Below are positions 29,074 to 39,591 of a DNA stretch of 64,000 bases, one piece after another. The notes under the pieces are model-generated. The model searched no databases. It was not told the DNA's origin and was given only the letters and a program-made list of their open reading frames with translations. The stretch covers positions 16,111 through 80,110 of the forward strand of contig JAHEXY010000012.1 in the NCBI GenBank assembly GCA_023251875.1, written 5' to 3'. The first letter of the stretch is position 1. Each line of letters opens with the position of its first letter. The stretch is from Bacteroidota bacterium. GTDB taxonomy: Bacteria > Bacteroidota > Bacteroidia > JAHEXY01. The position numbers and the translations under genes were made by a program.

Positions 29074-30837
29074 TTATTTTTTCTTAACTGTTACGCGTTC
29101 TCCAATTTGCTGACGCCACATTGCGTAGTACAATCCTTTTTGAGATAACAAATCTTCATGCTTACCTGATTCAATAATATTACCTTTTTCAAGAACAAAA
29201 ATTTTATCGGCATGCATAATGGTTGATAAACGATGTGCAATAAGTACGGTTATTAACTCTTTACCACCGGAAATATCACGAACCGTTTCTGTAATTTCTT
29301 CTTCTGTTATTGAATCCAATGATGAAGTAGCCTCATCAAAAATCATTAAACGTGGATTACGTAAAAGTGCACGCGCAATGGATAAACGCTGTTTTTCTCC
29401 ACCCGAAACTTTTACACCACCTTCTCCAATTAAGGTTTCTATGCCTTTATCTGCACGCGCTAATAAATTTTGGCAAGCTGCTTTTTGTAAAACATCCATA
29501 CATTGTTCATCTGTTGCATTGGGGTTTACAAATAATAAATTTTCTTTTATTGTTCCGGAAAACAATTGTGTATCCTGCGATACAAAACCAATTTGCTCAC
29601 GCAGTTCATACAAATCAATATCTTTTTCTGAAATAGCATTATAATAAATATTGCCTGATACAGGACGGTACAAACCCACTAATAATTTTACTAATGTAGT
29701 TTTGCCTGATCCTGAAGGCCCAACAAAAGCAACGGTTTCTCCGGTTTTAATATCAAATGAAGTTCGCTCAACAGCATTGGTTGTAGAACTATTGTGTTTA
29801 AAAACAACATTGTCAAATTTTAAAGAATGTATGTTTCCCAGTTTAGAAGCATTTATTGGTTTATGCTCCACATCTTTTTTCATTATATCCTCAAAGTTTG
29901 CTAATGAAGCTTGCGTTTCGCGATAAGTAGCTATTACATTTCCCATTTCCTGCAAAGGACCAAAAATAAAAAAGGAGAAAAACATCAATGTCATCAAATC
30001 TCCAACTGTAATTTGATTTCTAAATACCAAAAAATAAAAAAGGAAAATTAAACAAGTGCGTAAAAAATTTACCGTAGTACCTTGTATAAAACTTAAACTT
30101 CGTATGTATTTTACTTTATTCAATTCAAGTTTTAAAATTTTGGTTGTAACAGTATTTAAACGAGAAACTTCTTGCTTGGTAAGTCCTAAACTTTTAACCA
30201 ATTCAATATTTCTCAACGATTCTGTTGTTGAACCCGCCAATGCAGTAGTTTCACTTAAAATAGTTTTAGACACTGTTTTTATTTTTTTACTCAGCAAAGA
30301 ACTTACCAAGGCTAAAAGAGGAGCGGTTAACAAAAAAACAGGTGCAATAAGCCAATTAATACGAATAGCATAGCATACCACAAAAATAATACCCACAGTT
30401 GACTGAAAAACAATATTTACAAATGATGAAATAAATTTTTCGGAATCGGTACGTACTTTTTGAATTTTACCTAATGTTTCACCACTGCGTTGATCTTCAA
30501 AATCTTGATAGGGTAACTCAAGAGAATGCTTAATACCATCAGTATACATTTGCGCTCCTGTTTTTTGAATAATCACATTGGTAAAATAATCTTGAAAGTT
30601 TTTTGCAATACGAGATACCATAGCAACGCCTATTGCTGCTAATAAATAAAACGATATATCATGCACAAATTGTGATTGCATTCCAACATAATCGGCTGTA
30701 TGAACCCCAAAACGGTTAATCATTTTTCCGCCAATGTATGGATCAAGCAAAGAAAATATTTGATTAATGGCCGCCAATACCAAAGCAAGTATCACAAGCT
30801 TCCAATGTTCTTTTAAATAAGAGAGTAAGATTTTCAT
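29074..30837 (-). CDS. ABC transporter permease/ATP-binding fusion protein (MsbA-like exporter)
   Basis: Six-helix transmembrane domain followed by Walker A GPSGSGKTT, signature LSGGEKQR and Walker B MIFDEATS. Confidence 0.9.
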   Translation of the reverse strand: MKILLSYLKEHWKLVILALVLAAINQIFSLLDPYIGGKMINRFGVHTADYVGMQSQFVHDISFYLLAAIGVAMVSRIAKNFQDYFTNVIIQKTGAQMYTDGIKHSLELPYQDFEDQRSGETLGKIQKVRTDSEKFISSFVNIVFQSTVGIIFVVCYAIRINWLIAPVFLLTAPLLALVSSLLSKKIKTVSKTILSETTALAGSTTESLRNIELVKSLGLTKQEVSRLNTVTTKILKLELNKVKYIRSLSFIQGTTVNFLRTCLIFLFYFLVFRNQITVGDLMTLMFFSFFIFGPLQEMGNVIATYRETQASLANFEDIMKKDVEHKPINASKLGNIHSLKFDNVVFKHNSSTTNAVERTSFDIKTGETVAFVGPSGSGKTTLVKLLVGLYRPVSGNIYYNAISEKDIDLYELREQIGFVSQDTQLFSGTIKENLLFVNPNATDEQCMDVLQKAACQNLLARADKGIETLIGEGGVKVSGGEKQRLSIARALLRNPRLMIFDEATSSLDSITEEEITETVRDISGGKELITVLIAHRLSTIMHADKIFVLEKGNIIESGKHEDLLSQKGLYYAMWRQQIGERVTVKKK

Positions 30838-30900
30838 GAGTTACAAAAGTAAAATATTCTGCAATAAAGTATGTATCAACAAATAAATTAATTGAAATAA

Positions 30901-30932
30901 AAAAAGCAGACCTATTATGGCCTGCTTTTTTA
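30901..30932 (-). terminator. terminator-like hairpin (GCAGACC...GGCCTGC) with flanking A/T runs
   Basis: Located downstream of the 30953..31396 gene on the minus strand. Confidence 0.4.
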
Positions 30933-30952
30933 TAAAAAAAATATGCTTTTAT

Positions 30953-31396
30953 TTATTTTGCTTTTACGCCCGAAAATTTACTTGCATTTGCTGTTACAAA
31001 TTTCTTTGCCGCATCAACATTAATGTCACCATCTATTACCAATTGAGAGTCTGCCACAGTTTGACCTAAAGAAGTAAGATCTGCAATTTTCCATTCAGCA
31101 GTAGTATTATTTGTTAAAAAATGAACTTCAAAATATTTTGTTTTACTTGCAGTTTCCTTTACTTCAAACAAAATTAACCTTTCTCCTTTTACATTTTTTA
31201 AAATTACGTCTTTTTCACCTTTCATTCTTGTACTATTCATTTCTTCTAATGAATATTGAGCTTTACCATTTGTATAGAAAACATTGTCTTTCAGTTCATA
31301 TTTCTTTTGTTGGCCATATACTTGAGTTAAACTAAAGAGAGCAACAGTTAAAATAATAAAGCTTGCTTTTTTTAAAGTGTTTACAATTATTTGCAT
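30953..31396 (-). CDS. hypothetical secreted protein
   Basis: Signal peptide. No recognisable motifs. Confidence 0.45.
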   Translation of the reverse strand: MQIIVNTLKKASFIILTVALFSLTQVYGQQKKYELKDNVFYTNGKAQYSLEEMNSTRMKGEKDVILKNVKGERLILFEVKETASKTKYFEVHFLTNNTTAEWKIADLTSLGQTVADSQLVIDGDINVDAAKKFVTANASKFSGVKAK

Positions 31397-31425
31397 AAAA
31401 TATAGATTTTGTAGTTTGTATAAAG

Positions 31426-32043
31426 TTAATAGAAATTTTCCATAAAATCTCCTAGTTCCTTCTCATTTGCATGATTACTTTGCTTAAATCTGCTGATAAT
31501 GGTGTTTCTCTCTTCCTCCAATCGGTTTTGGCTTAGTTTAAATTTCCCTTCTATCCTATCTACTTTAATTTCAAAGGCAACTATACCATTCATCATTTTT
31601 TCTTGGTACCTATTTATATTGGCTAATTGCTGCCATTGTTTTAAATAAGACGGTTCAAAGGCTTCAATAGTAGATTCAAGCACCTGAGCTTTTTTATTGT
31701 TATCATCCAATAACTTAGCAGTTCCATAAATATGCACAGCAGTATAATTCCACGTAGGTACATTTTCATTGGTTTTGTAATGGGTAGGAGAAATATAAGC
31801 ATGAGGACCTGAAAAAATAAGCAAGACTTTAGCATTTCTATTTAATTGGCCCCACTGAGAATTTGCCTTTGCCATGTGTGATATAAGATACAATTCATTT
31901 TCCCTCTCATCTAACACAAAAGGTAAATGAGTTGCCGTTGGTATGTTATCTTCTGAAGTAATTAAAAGACCAAAACTATATGTTTTAATAAATGCTGTAA
32001 GTTTTGATTGATCTTCAATTTGAAATTGTTTTGGGATGTACAT
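31426..32043 (-). CDS. PaiB-family FMN-binding protein
   Basis: Full-length resemblance to PaiB (MYIPKQF...LLITS...ATHLPF...). Confidence 0.75.
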   Translation of the reverse strand: MYIPKQFQIEDQSKLTAFIKTYSFGLLITSEDNIPTATHLPFVLDERENELYLISHMAKANSQWGQLNRNAKVLLIFSGPHAYISPTHYKTNENVPTWNYTAVHIYGTAKLLDDNNKKAQVLESTIEAFEPSYLKQWQQLANINRYQEKMMNGIVAFEIKVDRIEGKFKLSQNRLEEERNTIISRFKQSNHANEKELGDFMENFY

Positions 32044-32095
32044 ATTATTTGAAAGTTTATTGTATTTATAAAATGGGGATTTTTTTGTTTTCTTT

Positions 32096-33325
32096 TTAAG
32101 ACATTACTCTTAAACTTTTGAATCTCAATTTAAGAAAGAACATTATAAAAAGAAGATATGCTCCAGCTACTACATACAGTAAATACTCCACTTTGTATTT
32201 ATAAATTATAAATTGAATAATTACATTAAATACCCCAGCTATGCTTACTAAAAGAAAAGCCTTCTCTTTAAAATAAATAATCCCATAACTGCTTATAATA
32301 ATTGCAAATGGGGCTACCATAAATAAAACTCTATCTATAATGTAGGGCCAGCCTATAGGAAGAAGAATAAGTACGATCAATAATGTAAGAAGTGAGGTAA
32401 TTAACCAGTTTTCTTGATTGAACAGCATTATTTTTTTCTTAAACCACAAAACAAGAGTAAATGTAAAAAATATCCAATACAGATCAAGTATTCTATATAC
32501 CTGTCGAATATTTTTTAAGTTATAATAATAAGTAAAACTTCTTTCGTATCGGCTTTTGCGAATAACATCAATAATTGAAAAATTATATTTGAAATAAATG
32601 CCTATTTGAAATGCAATAAATAAAATTATAAACGAGCATAACATTATCGTTAACGGAAATATTTTTTTTCTTACAAAATTTCTTTTTATAGATGGAAAGA
32701 TATTTTGTGATATTGTTATAATTTTTCTTGATGTTTTATTTCTTAAAAGACAAAATGGAATGTCGTGCAAAAAAACACTGAATACACAGAAAACAATAGC
32801 TGCTAAAACACTTTCTTTGGTAAGCATTCCCATAACCATTATTATTGCTAGGAAAATAAAATAGATGTAACTCTTATTATTCTTTAAAATATAAATGGTG
32901 AAGTAAACGGTAAGTAATTCCCAAAACCATCCGGCACCATCGGCCATGAGTAATAAGGAATATACAGCATAGGGCTGACAGGTAATAAACGCCAACATTC
33001 CCAAATAGGCCTGCATTTTATTGCCACTAATTTCAAAGATTATTTTATAAAACAAGCATCCATTTAGAAAAAAGAAAATAAAATTTTGAACGATAATGGT
33101 ATACTGAGGATAAATGTTCCAAATTTTTTCTAGTAAGCCGGGAAAGAAAATAAATAGAGGCTTGGTAATCCGGCCCATATCATTTGAACCACCATCAATA
33201 GCAAATAATAAACGTGCAGTATTACTATAACTCTGATTATCGTATTGTATCCAACGAATAAAATCAAATAAAAACCAATAGGCAATTGCAGTAATTACTA
33301 GAGTAATAAAAATTCTTTTGATCAT
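32096..33325 (-). CDS. polytopic integral membrane protein, hypothetical. It may be a glycosyltransferase-like or mannosyltransferase-like enzyme.
   Basis: About 12 predicted transmembrane helices. Function cannot be read from the sequence. Confidence 0.45.
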   Translation of the reverse strand: MIKRIFITLVITAIAYWFLFDFIRWIQYDNQSYSNTARLLFAIDGGSNDMGRITKPLFIFFPGLLEKIWNIYPQYTIIVQNFIFFFLNGCLFYKIIFEISGNKMQAYLGMLAFITCQPYAVYSLLLMADGAGWFWELLTVYFTIYILKNNKSYIYFIFLAIIMVMGMLTKESVLAAIVFCVFSVFLHDIPFCLLRNKTSRKIITISQNIFPSIKRNFVRKKIFPLTIMLCSFIILFIAFQIGIYFKYNFSIIDVIRKSRYERSFTYYYNLKNIRQVYRILDLYWIFFTFTLVLWFKKKIMLFNQENWLITSLLTLLIVLILLPIGWPYIIDRVLFMVAPFAIIISSYGIIYFKEKAFLLVSIAGVFNVIIQFIIYKYKVEYLLYVVAGAYLLFIMFFLKLRFKSLRVMS

Positions 33326-36300
33326 CTATCTCATCAAATACATCTTACCAAAGCCTTTTTTGAAATAATTTCCACTATCAAGACCATCTTCTGAACGGTG
33401 TTTTATTTCTTTACCTCCAATAGAAGAAATTACGCGATACAAATACAATCCATTAGCCAATGGATCTCCAAATTGATCTGTTCCATTCCATGCATATTCC
33501 GAAATATTATTACCTATTCTAATAGAGCCAATTTCATCAGTAGTAATTTCACGCACCACACGACCCGTAACAGTCATAATTTGAATTTTAAAATAATCCG
33601 GCACTTCTGATCCGGTTAATGTAAATACAAATCGGGTTGAAGTTGAAAACGGATTTGGGTAATTAACAACATACGTTATTGTTGATTCGTTGATTACTTC
33701 AAAAGATATGCGATAATCAAAATCTCCAGAAGCATTTTTAGATGCATCTGTTGCATGTACTTTTAATTTATAAATACCATCTTCAGGAAATGTACCATTG
33801 TACTCAATTGTAAATGTATTATGACTTGAGTCTGCTGGCGTAAATTTCATTACTTCTTGCGAACCATTCATAAAATATACTTGATAGGTTGAATCAGAGG
33901 GTGTGGTCAATTCAACTTTAAATAACGAAGTATCGTCTAACAATAAATATTGATTTTCGTCACTTAATTTCATAACAATAAATGGTTTGGCAGAAACCAA
34001 TTCTCCATCCATAATGTGTTGCCCATCAAATGTTACATCCAGTAATGGATTTTGATTATCAGCACTTACATAAAAGCTTTTCTGTGCAATATTATTAAAA
34101 TGATAGTTCTCCCATTGATCGTAAACATCATTTGTATCAGCCGGATTTACATTAATCCATAATGAGTTAAGGCCTGTATAGCCAATGGTATTAAATGATA
34201 TAGAAGTATGCAAAGTGTCTCGTGCTCTTAATGAATCTAACCTTGGATATTCAATTTCATGCTTTTTTCTGTTTTTATCCATTACATAGTAAGAAATTAA
34301 TAAACTATCCATATTATAATCGCTGGTATTTTCAATAACAACAGAAAAAGTCATATCCTCACCTTCTTGTATGGTATCAGCATAAAAAGTAGTGCCCATT
34401 TCAGGATTCAATGCAGCCTCCGGCATTTCTTCAAATAACACTTGCCATTTATCAAGAACTGCAGGTGAAAGTAATGAATCGTCACGCATAAAAGCTCTTA
34501 ATTTTATATAGCGGTATATTGTTGCATCTATATAGGTATCAAGATTAGGAATGCTTTGAATAGAGTCGGATGAAATATTCTCTAAGCTTGAGATAATTTC
34601 TTCTTCTCCTGTTGAATCATTAATGCCATAAACAGTAAATAATGTAGTATCTGTTAAAATACTTTCTTGCGAATGGGTTTGCCAGTTGATAGATTCCCAT
34701 TTATTAGCAGGGCCTATTGGTTCTGTTGTAACATAGCCGTAATTCCAATTACTGGTTATGGTAGTTGTTAAAGAAAATGTAGAATCCTGTACTGTAGCTG
34801 AGTATATTTCAATAGCTGATGAGGGGTTTCCTTTTTTAATGAAAAATGTATAGGGATGAAAACTTGGTACATTACGGATATTTGCAGCTCCTAGAGATTC
34901 AAAATAATCTAAAATACTATCCGGCCAAGTTTTTAAATCATTCTTATCTTGATACAACATGCAAAAGAAATAATCTCCATCAGGAACATAATCTTTAACC
35001 ATGCTATAAAAATATTTTTCTTTATCATTATTAAACTCAAACGAATAACAAGGAGGCTTTTTATACCAAGGGGCCCCACATCTATCTATTTGTCCAAAAC
35101 TATTTTCAGGATGCTCTCCTTGGCAAGATGTTTCCCAAGGTTCGAGAGAAAGGGAATCTATTACTCCTACCCGAAACGTATATGCTGAAGTTATAGCTCC
35201 GGCATCTTTACTAACTCCATCTAGTCTAAAATAAATATCATCAATATCTGCTTGATTATTAACCACGCCATGGTTTCTTAATTCAACAGGTATATTTTTA
35301 TTAAAAAAATCAAATCGCCTTTGACTAGTATTTAATTTTAAACCGTAATATTCATCATTTTTAAATTGGTTAATATGAGCTTGCGACCAACCTCTTTTTC
35401 CTGAAATGTATGTGAAAGAACTTTCATGCCATAAATCAGAATTGGTTTTTTTTCCGGGATTATAATTAGTTGTTGTATTGTCTAAACTACCTATTGGTCC
35501 TACTCTCCAATAGTAAACCACATTTTCTGTTAATTTAAAAGGCAAAGTCCAATTCAACACGCCTCCTTTTTGTTTCAATTGGTATTCTTGAAAAAACGGA
35601 CTATCGTATGTATCTGTAGTATCTATTTGAAAGATATATGTTTTTTCATCCGCAAATACATTAGCAGTAGATGCTTTTAAAGTAACTGTATCATTAGGTA
35701 TGATAGCAAATTTGTATGGATAAATTGGAAATGCGTCTTTTGAATCAACCAATAAATCAACAGATAAAGTATTATTCAATTCATTTAATTCATCTAATTT
35801 ATCATCGCTATCCAAAGTAATATCAAAACTATTGAGCCCAATTCCATTTTCATGATCAAGAGGAATAGTAAAGGTAATGGTATCTTTAAAATGTACTCCT
35901 TGAGTTGGGATAGTATAAACTCTAGCATCGCTTGTTCCTGCTAAAAAGTTACGAACTACTTCAATATTAAATGTATCGTTAAATGCACGACCCATATTAA
36001 TAGCAATAATATTAATGTCAAATGAATCTAAATCAGATGTTACTATTGACGGGGTAAAAAATACACTCTTTGCTGAAATAGCCAAATCGGGTTTTGCTTG
36101 CGCATGTATGTTTAATGCAGGATCTCCTTGTAAGGTCATATCAGCGCAAACACCTATTGAATAGGCATCTGATGTATCAATCATATCTATTATGGTTTGT
36201 TTTATAATTTTACCCACTCCTTGCCCATACATAGTAGAACTAAAATCTTTATAAAACTGGTTGGTAAAATTATTAAGATAACCTGTTTGTCCACTGGTTA

Positions 36301-38476
36301 CAGAGGCAATAAACAGAGTCGAGCCTTTTTTAGGATATAAATTCCATTGCTCACATAAGCTAACATGAGTTTCATCGTGAATAGCACCTGCGCTACACGA
36401 GTTGGCAATAATCAATGGGCATTTATCATCATTATCATAATCTTGGGGATAGGTCAAACCAAATGAAAACATAGTACCTGCAGCATGGCCAAATAAACTA
36501 ATAATACCAGCACCTGCATTTACCAAATCAGTAACAGAATCTGTAGTGGTTGCTTCAACAGGATCAGTAGTTTTTTTAAAAAAATTAAATACCCCGGCAC
36601 CAAACAGTGTATCTTCTAAAATGGCTTGATAGTTTTGAGTATAACCTTTGATATTATCTTGTTCATCTGAACTAGAACCTCCACTAAACTGCAATACATT
36701 TTTCATCCATTCATCAAGAGGTGTTGATTCATATACTTCAATTTTTGCCAAATAATCTATTACTTCTTGACTAGTTTCTGCTGAAATACGACCAATAGCA
36801 ACACCCGGTACATAAGTTCCAAAACCTCCAATGCCTCCCATTAAAAGATTATCTGAACCGGGATAGCCCATGGTGGGTACAAAATTTACAGCAAAATTTG
36901 AAAGATAATTAGCACTTCCTTTACTATTTCTACAAGCTTCACTTCGTATCGATTTCCCAATTAAAAAAACATATTGAACAGTATCGGGCCAATTGTGGTA
37001 AATATAATTGGCAAAACGTGAAATAGCCTGAGGGTGTTTTTCGATACCACCTCCAAACTGTCCGTATAATTCATCTATATCTGCTACTACAGCTGTATAA
37101 CCTGTTTGATTACGATAAGCTTTGTAATCATTGGCTTCATTTACCAATTTACTATTGGTTATAATGGCATAATCTCCTATAGTTTTTGAAAAATCAGAGA
37201 ACTTTGCATAATGATTAATATCTGTAGAAACAGGTTTTATACTAGTATATACAACATGTTGAATTTTGCTCTCTGAACTGATGTAGCATTTTTTATACCC
37301 TCCTGAATTGGGTACTAAAGCCTCATAAATACCGGAATTATTATTAAGCGAAATTCTCTTATGATTGCTTAAATCATATAGTATTGGATTGCTTGATGAA
37401 GTACTAAAATTACTGATACTTAAATAGGATTTTGAAGTATTGGCGTCATCGGGTACATACATAGTAAACGATGTAGCATTATTTAAATCATAGGTGTGAG
37501 GATACCTTAATTTAATATATCCGACCAAAAAATCAGTAGAAGTAGTAGAAGTACAATAATCGGTTATACTTGTAAATTTATATGTTGAAGAAGACGAGGC
37601 AATATCCGATGATGAAAAAGAATCAATTTTATGAACCAAATGAAATTTACCAAAAACAGTATCTAAACTTGAATTAAAATAAGATACCTGTATATGATGG
37701 CTAGAATCTAAACTACAAGTTGATGGCTGCGACCTTCCACTAAAAACAAATTCTGTTTGGGATTTTGGCCCTAAAGTATATGCATTTTCAGTCGCCATAG
37801 CATAAGATGTTGAACTTCCATAGCTTACGGGAGTTCCAGTCCAGCCTTCACCTTCAACATAGGGATTATAATAGATTTTAGAACTGGAGTTGTATTCTCC
37901 ATAATGGTATTTCGTATGATTTTCTTGAATAACTTCTTTCATAAAATAGGGAGAAGCTGTATAGCCTGAGAAATTTAAATCGGTTTCTTGTGTTACCCTT
38001 TTACCAAAACTGGTAGTACTAACAGATAAATAATAAATAATGGTATCATTAATTAAGCTATAATAGGGATTTGGCATACCCGATGGGTCCGGATACATTA
38101 ATGAATCTAACCAACCATCATTTTTATTGGCATAAAACTCTATGTAATCAGTACTGGTATCAGAATCAAGAGTTCCATCATCTTCACCTGCAACATAAAT
38201 GTATTGCTCTTGTTCTCGGCCAAAAATTTGAATGTATCGAGGATCAAAAGTGGTATAATTAGCACTTACTCCAGAAAAATCAAGATCACTTTTATAAATT
38301 CTATAAAGACCTTCGGTCGGAACTTTTATTTTAAAATAGAGTTGATCGTAATTAATCCATTCATTGCCATAATTATTGCCGGCAGCAAATAAATTTCCTA
38401 CAATCAAAAATAAAACTAGGTAGAGTAAAATTTTTTTCATGAGCCCTATCTTAAAAACGCGATTGATTTTTTCCAA
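33326..38476 (-). CDS. giant secreted protein (1716 aa) with C25/gingipain-like peptidase motifs and a T9SS C-terminal sorting-type domain
   Basis: Signal peptide. A His/Cys dyad-like pair lies in LFGHAAG ... IIANSCSAGAIHDE. C-terminal region has NYPNPFS...GLYLYRVIS. A PorU-like identity is a possibility, not an established assignment. Confidence 0.6.
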   Translation of the reverse strand: MEKINRVFKIGLMKKILLYLVLFLIVGNLFAAGNNYGNEWINYDQLYFKIKVPTEGLYRIYKSDLDFSGVSANYTTFDPRYIQIFGREQEQYIYVAGEDDGTLDSDTSTDYIEFYANKNDGWLDSLMYPDPSGMPNPYYSLINDTIIYYLSVSTTSFGKRVTQETDLNFSGYTASPYFMKEVIQENHTKYHYGEYNSSSKIYYNPYVEGEGWTGTPVSYGSSTSYAMATENAYTLGPKSQTEFVFSGRSQPSTCSLDSSHHIQVSYFNSSLDTVFGKFHLVHKIDSFSSSDIASSSSTYKFTSITDYCTSTTSTDFLVGYIKLRYPHTYDLNNATSFTMYVPDDANTSKSYLSISNFSTSSSNPILYDLSNHKRISLNNNSGIYEALVPNSGGYKKCYISSESKIQHVVYTSIKPVSTDINHYAKFSDFSKTIGDYAIITNSKLVNEANDYKAYRNQTGYTAVVADIDELYGQFGGGIEKHPQAISRFANYIYHNWPDTVQYVFLIGKSIRSEACRNSKGSANYLSNFAVNFVPTMGYPGSDNLLMGGIGGFGTYVPGVAIGRISAETSQEVIDYLAKIEVYESTPLDEWMKNVLQFSGGSSSDEQDNIKGYTQNYQAILEDTLFGAGVFNFFKKTTDPVEATTTDSVTDLVNAGAGIISLFGHAAGTMFSFGLTYPQDYDNDDKCPLIIANSCSAGAIHDETHVSLCEQWNLYPKKGSTLFIASVTSGQTGYLNNFTNQFYKDFSSTMYGQGVGKIIKQTIIDMIDTSDAYSIGVCADMTLQGDPALNIHAQAKPDLAISAKSVFFTPSIVTSDLDSFDINIIAINMGRAFNDTFNIEVVRNFLAGTSDARVYTIPTQGVHFKDTITFTIPLDHENGIGLNSFDITLDSDDKLDELNELNNTLSVDLLVDSKDAFPIYPYKFAIIPNDTVTLKASTANVFADEKTYIFQIDTTDTYDSPFFQEYQLKQKGGVLNWTLPFKLTENVVYYWRVGPIGSLDNTTTNYNPGKKTNSDLWHESSFTYISGKRGWSQAHINQFKNDEYYGLKLNTSQRRFDFFNKNIPVELRNHGVVNNQADIDDIYFRLDGVSKDAGAITSAYTFRVGVIDSLSLEPWETSCQGEHPENSFGQIDRCGAPWYKKPPCYSFEFNNDKEKYFYSMVKDYVPDGDYFFCMLYQDKNDLKTWPDSILDYFESLGAANIRNVPSFHPYTFFIKKGNPSSAIEIYSATVQDSTFSLTTTITSNWNYGYVTTEPIGPANKWESINWQTHSQESILTDTTLFTVYGINDSTGEEEIISSLENISSDSIQSIPNLDTYIDATIYRYIKLRAFMRDDSLLSPAVLDKWQVLFEEMPEAALNPEMGTTFYADTIQEGEDMTFSVVIENTSDYNMDSLLISYYVMDKNRKKHEIEYPRLDSLRARDTLHTSISFNTIGYTGLNSLWINVNPADTNDVYDQWENYHFNNIAQKSFYVSADNQNPLLDVTFDGQHIMDGELVSAKPFIVMKLSDENQYLLLDDTSLFKVELTTPSDSTYQVYFMNGSQEVMKFTPADSSHNTFTIEYNGTFPEDGIYKLKVHATDASKNASGDFDYRISFEVINESTITYVVNYPNPFSTSTRFVFTLTGSEVPDYFKIQIMTVTGRVVREITTDEIGSIRIGNNISEYAWNGTDQFGDPLANGLYLYRVISSIGGKEIKHRSEDGLDSGNYFKKGFGKMYLMR

Positions 38477-39551
38477 TATCTATTCTTAATGAAAATACAT
38501 TTGAATACAAAGCAATTGAGGCATTGCCAATATCTGTTAAAGCATAATCAATAGAAATTCTTTTAATTTTTACGCCAACTCCCATATTGGGTTGAAATGT
38601 TAACTGCTTTACATCATTAATATCTGTGACATATTGAAGATTACCAATACCGGCACGTAAAAACACAAAATCTTTATACGATAGTTCTAAACCCAGCCGA
38701 GGATCAATACTAAAAGGATTCGATTTAATAAGTGTGTTTCTTTTACCATCAGTAGTAATTTCAAAATCCAATTCGGGATAAATACCAAACTTATCTTTTA
38801 TATTAATTAAATATCCTCCTCCTATAATTATACGAGGCAAAGTTATTTCCATAGAATTTTGTGGAATTTCATTACCCGTGGCAGTGAATGTATTGATTAA
38901 AGTACTGTCGTTATGAAAAACCCATGCCGTAAATGTTGAAGTAACATCTCTTGCCATCAAACCCAATCTTAATCCATCTCTTTTGTATTGCGCGCCTATA
39001 TCAAGACCAAAACCCCAAGCATCGGCAAAATCACCCACTTTACGGTAAATTAATTTTGCATTGGCTCCATAACTTAAACCTTCAATACTATTTACTTTTT
39101 TGGCATAAGAAAACATAAAAGCATAATCGGCAACTGAAAAACTAGAAATGTTATCATAATTAATATTACCGTTCGCATCAACCAAGGTTAGGGTATTGGG
39201 TATATCGTCAACTCCCATTCTTATAAATGAAAAACCAAGCGTATTTTCTTTCGATATTTTTTTTGCAAACCCGACATAGTCATATTTTATAATTCCTGCA
39301 AAATGTTCATTATGCATAAGCGATACTTGTGCATCTGTTTTTATTTGAGCCAAACCTGCCGGATTCCAATAGCTTGCATTAACATCATTGGTTCGGGCAA
39401 CATAAGCGCCAGACATGCCATAAGCACCGGCACCCACACCTAATGATAAAAACTCATTACCATACTTCACTATTTGAGCTTGTATGGAATGAGAAAAAAA
39501 TGTAATTGCAGCAATTAAATAAATTTTTCGAATCATAAAATTAAGGTACAT
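38451..39551 (-). CDS. PorV/FadL-family outer-membrane beta-barrel protein (T9SS-associated), overlapping the giant gene by 26 nt
   Basis: Signal peptide followed by NEFLSLGVGAGAYGMSGAYVARTNDVNASYWNPAGLA, the FadL/PorV-type N-terminal motif. C-terminal aromatic residue. Confidence 0.55.
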   Translation of the reverse strand: MYLNFMIRKIYLIAAITFFSHSIQAQIVKYGNEFLSLGVGAGAYGMSGAYVARTNDVNASYWNPAGLAQIKTDAQVSLMHNEHFAGIIKYDYVGFAKKISKENTLGFSFIRMGVDDIPNTLTLVDANGNINYDNISSFSVADYAFMFSYAKKVNSIEGLSYGANAKLIYRKVGDFADAWGFGLDIGAQYKRDGLRLGLMARDVTSTFTAWVFHNDSTLINTFTATGNEIPQNSMEITLPRIIIGGGYLINIKDKFGIYPELDFEITTDGKRNTLIKSNPFSIDPRLGLELSYKDFVFLRAGIGNLQYVTDINDVKQLTFQPNMGVGVKIKRISIDYALTDIGNASIALYSNVFSLRIDIGKNQSRF

Positions 39552-39591
39552 AGTATTTTTAACGTAGGTAATTTTTAAAGGTTACATTTTT

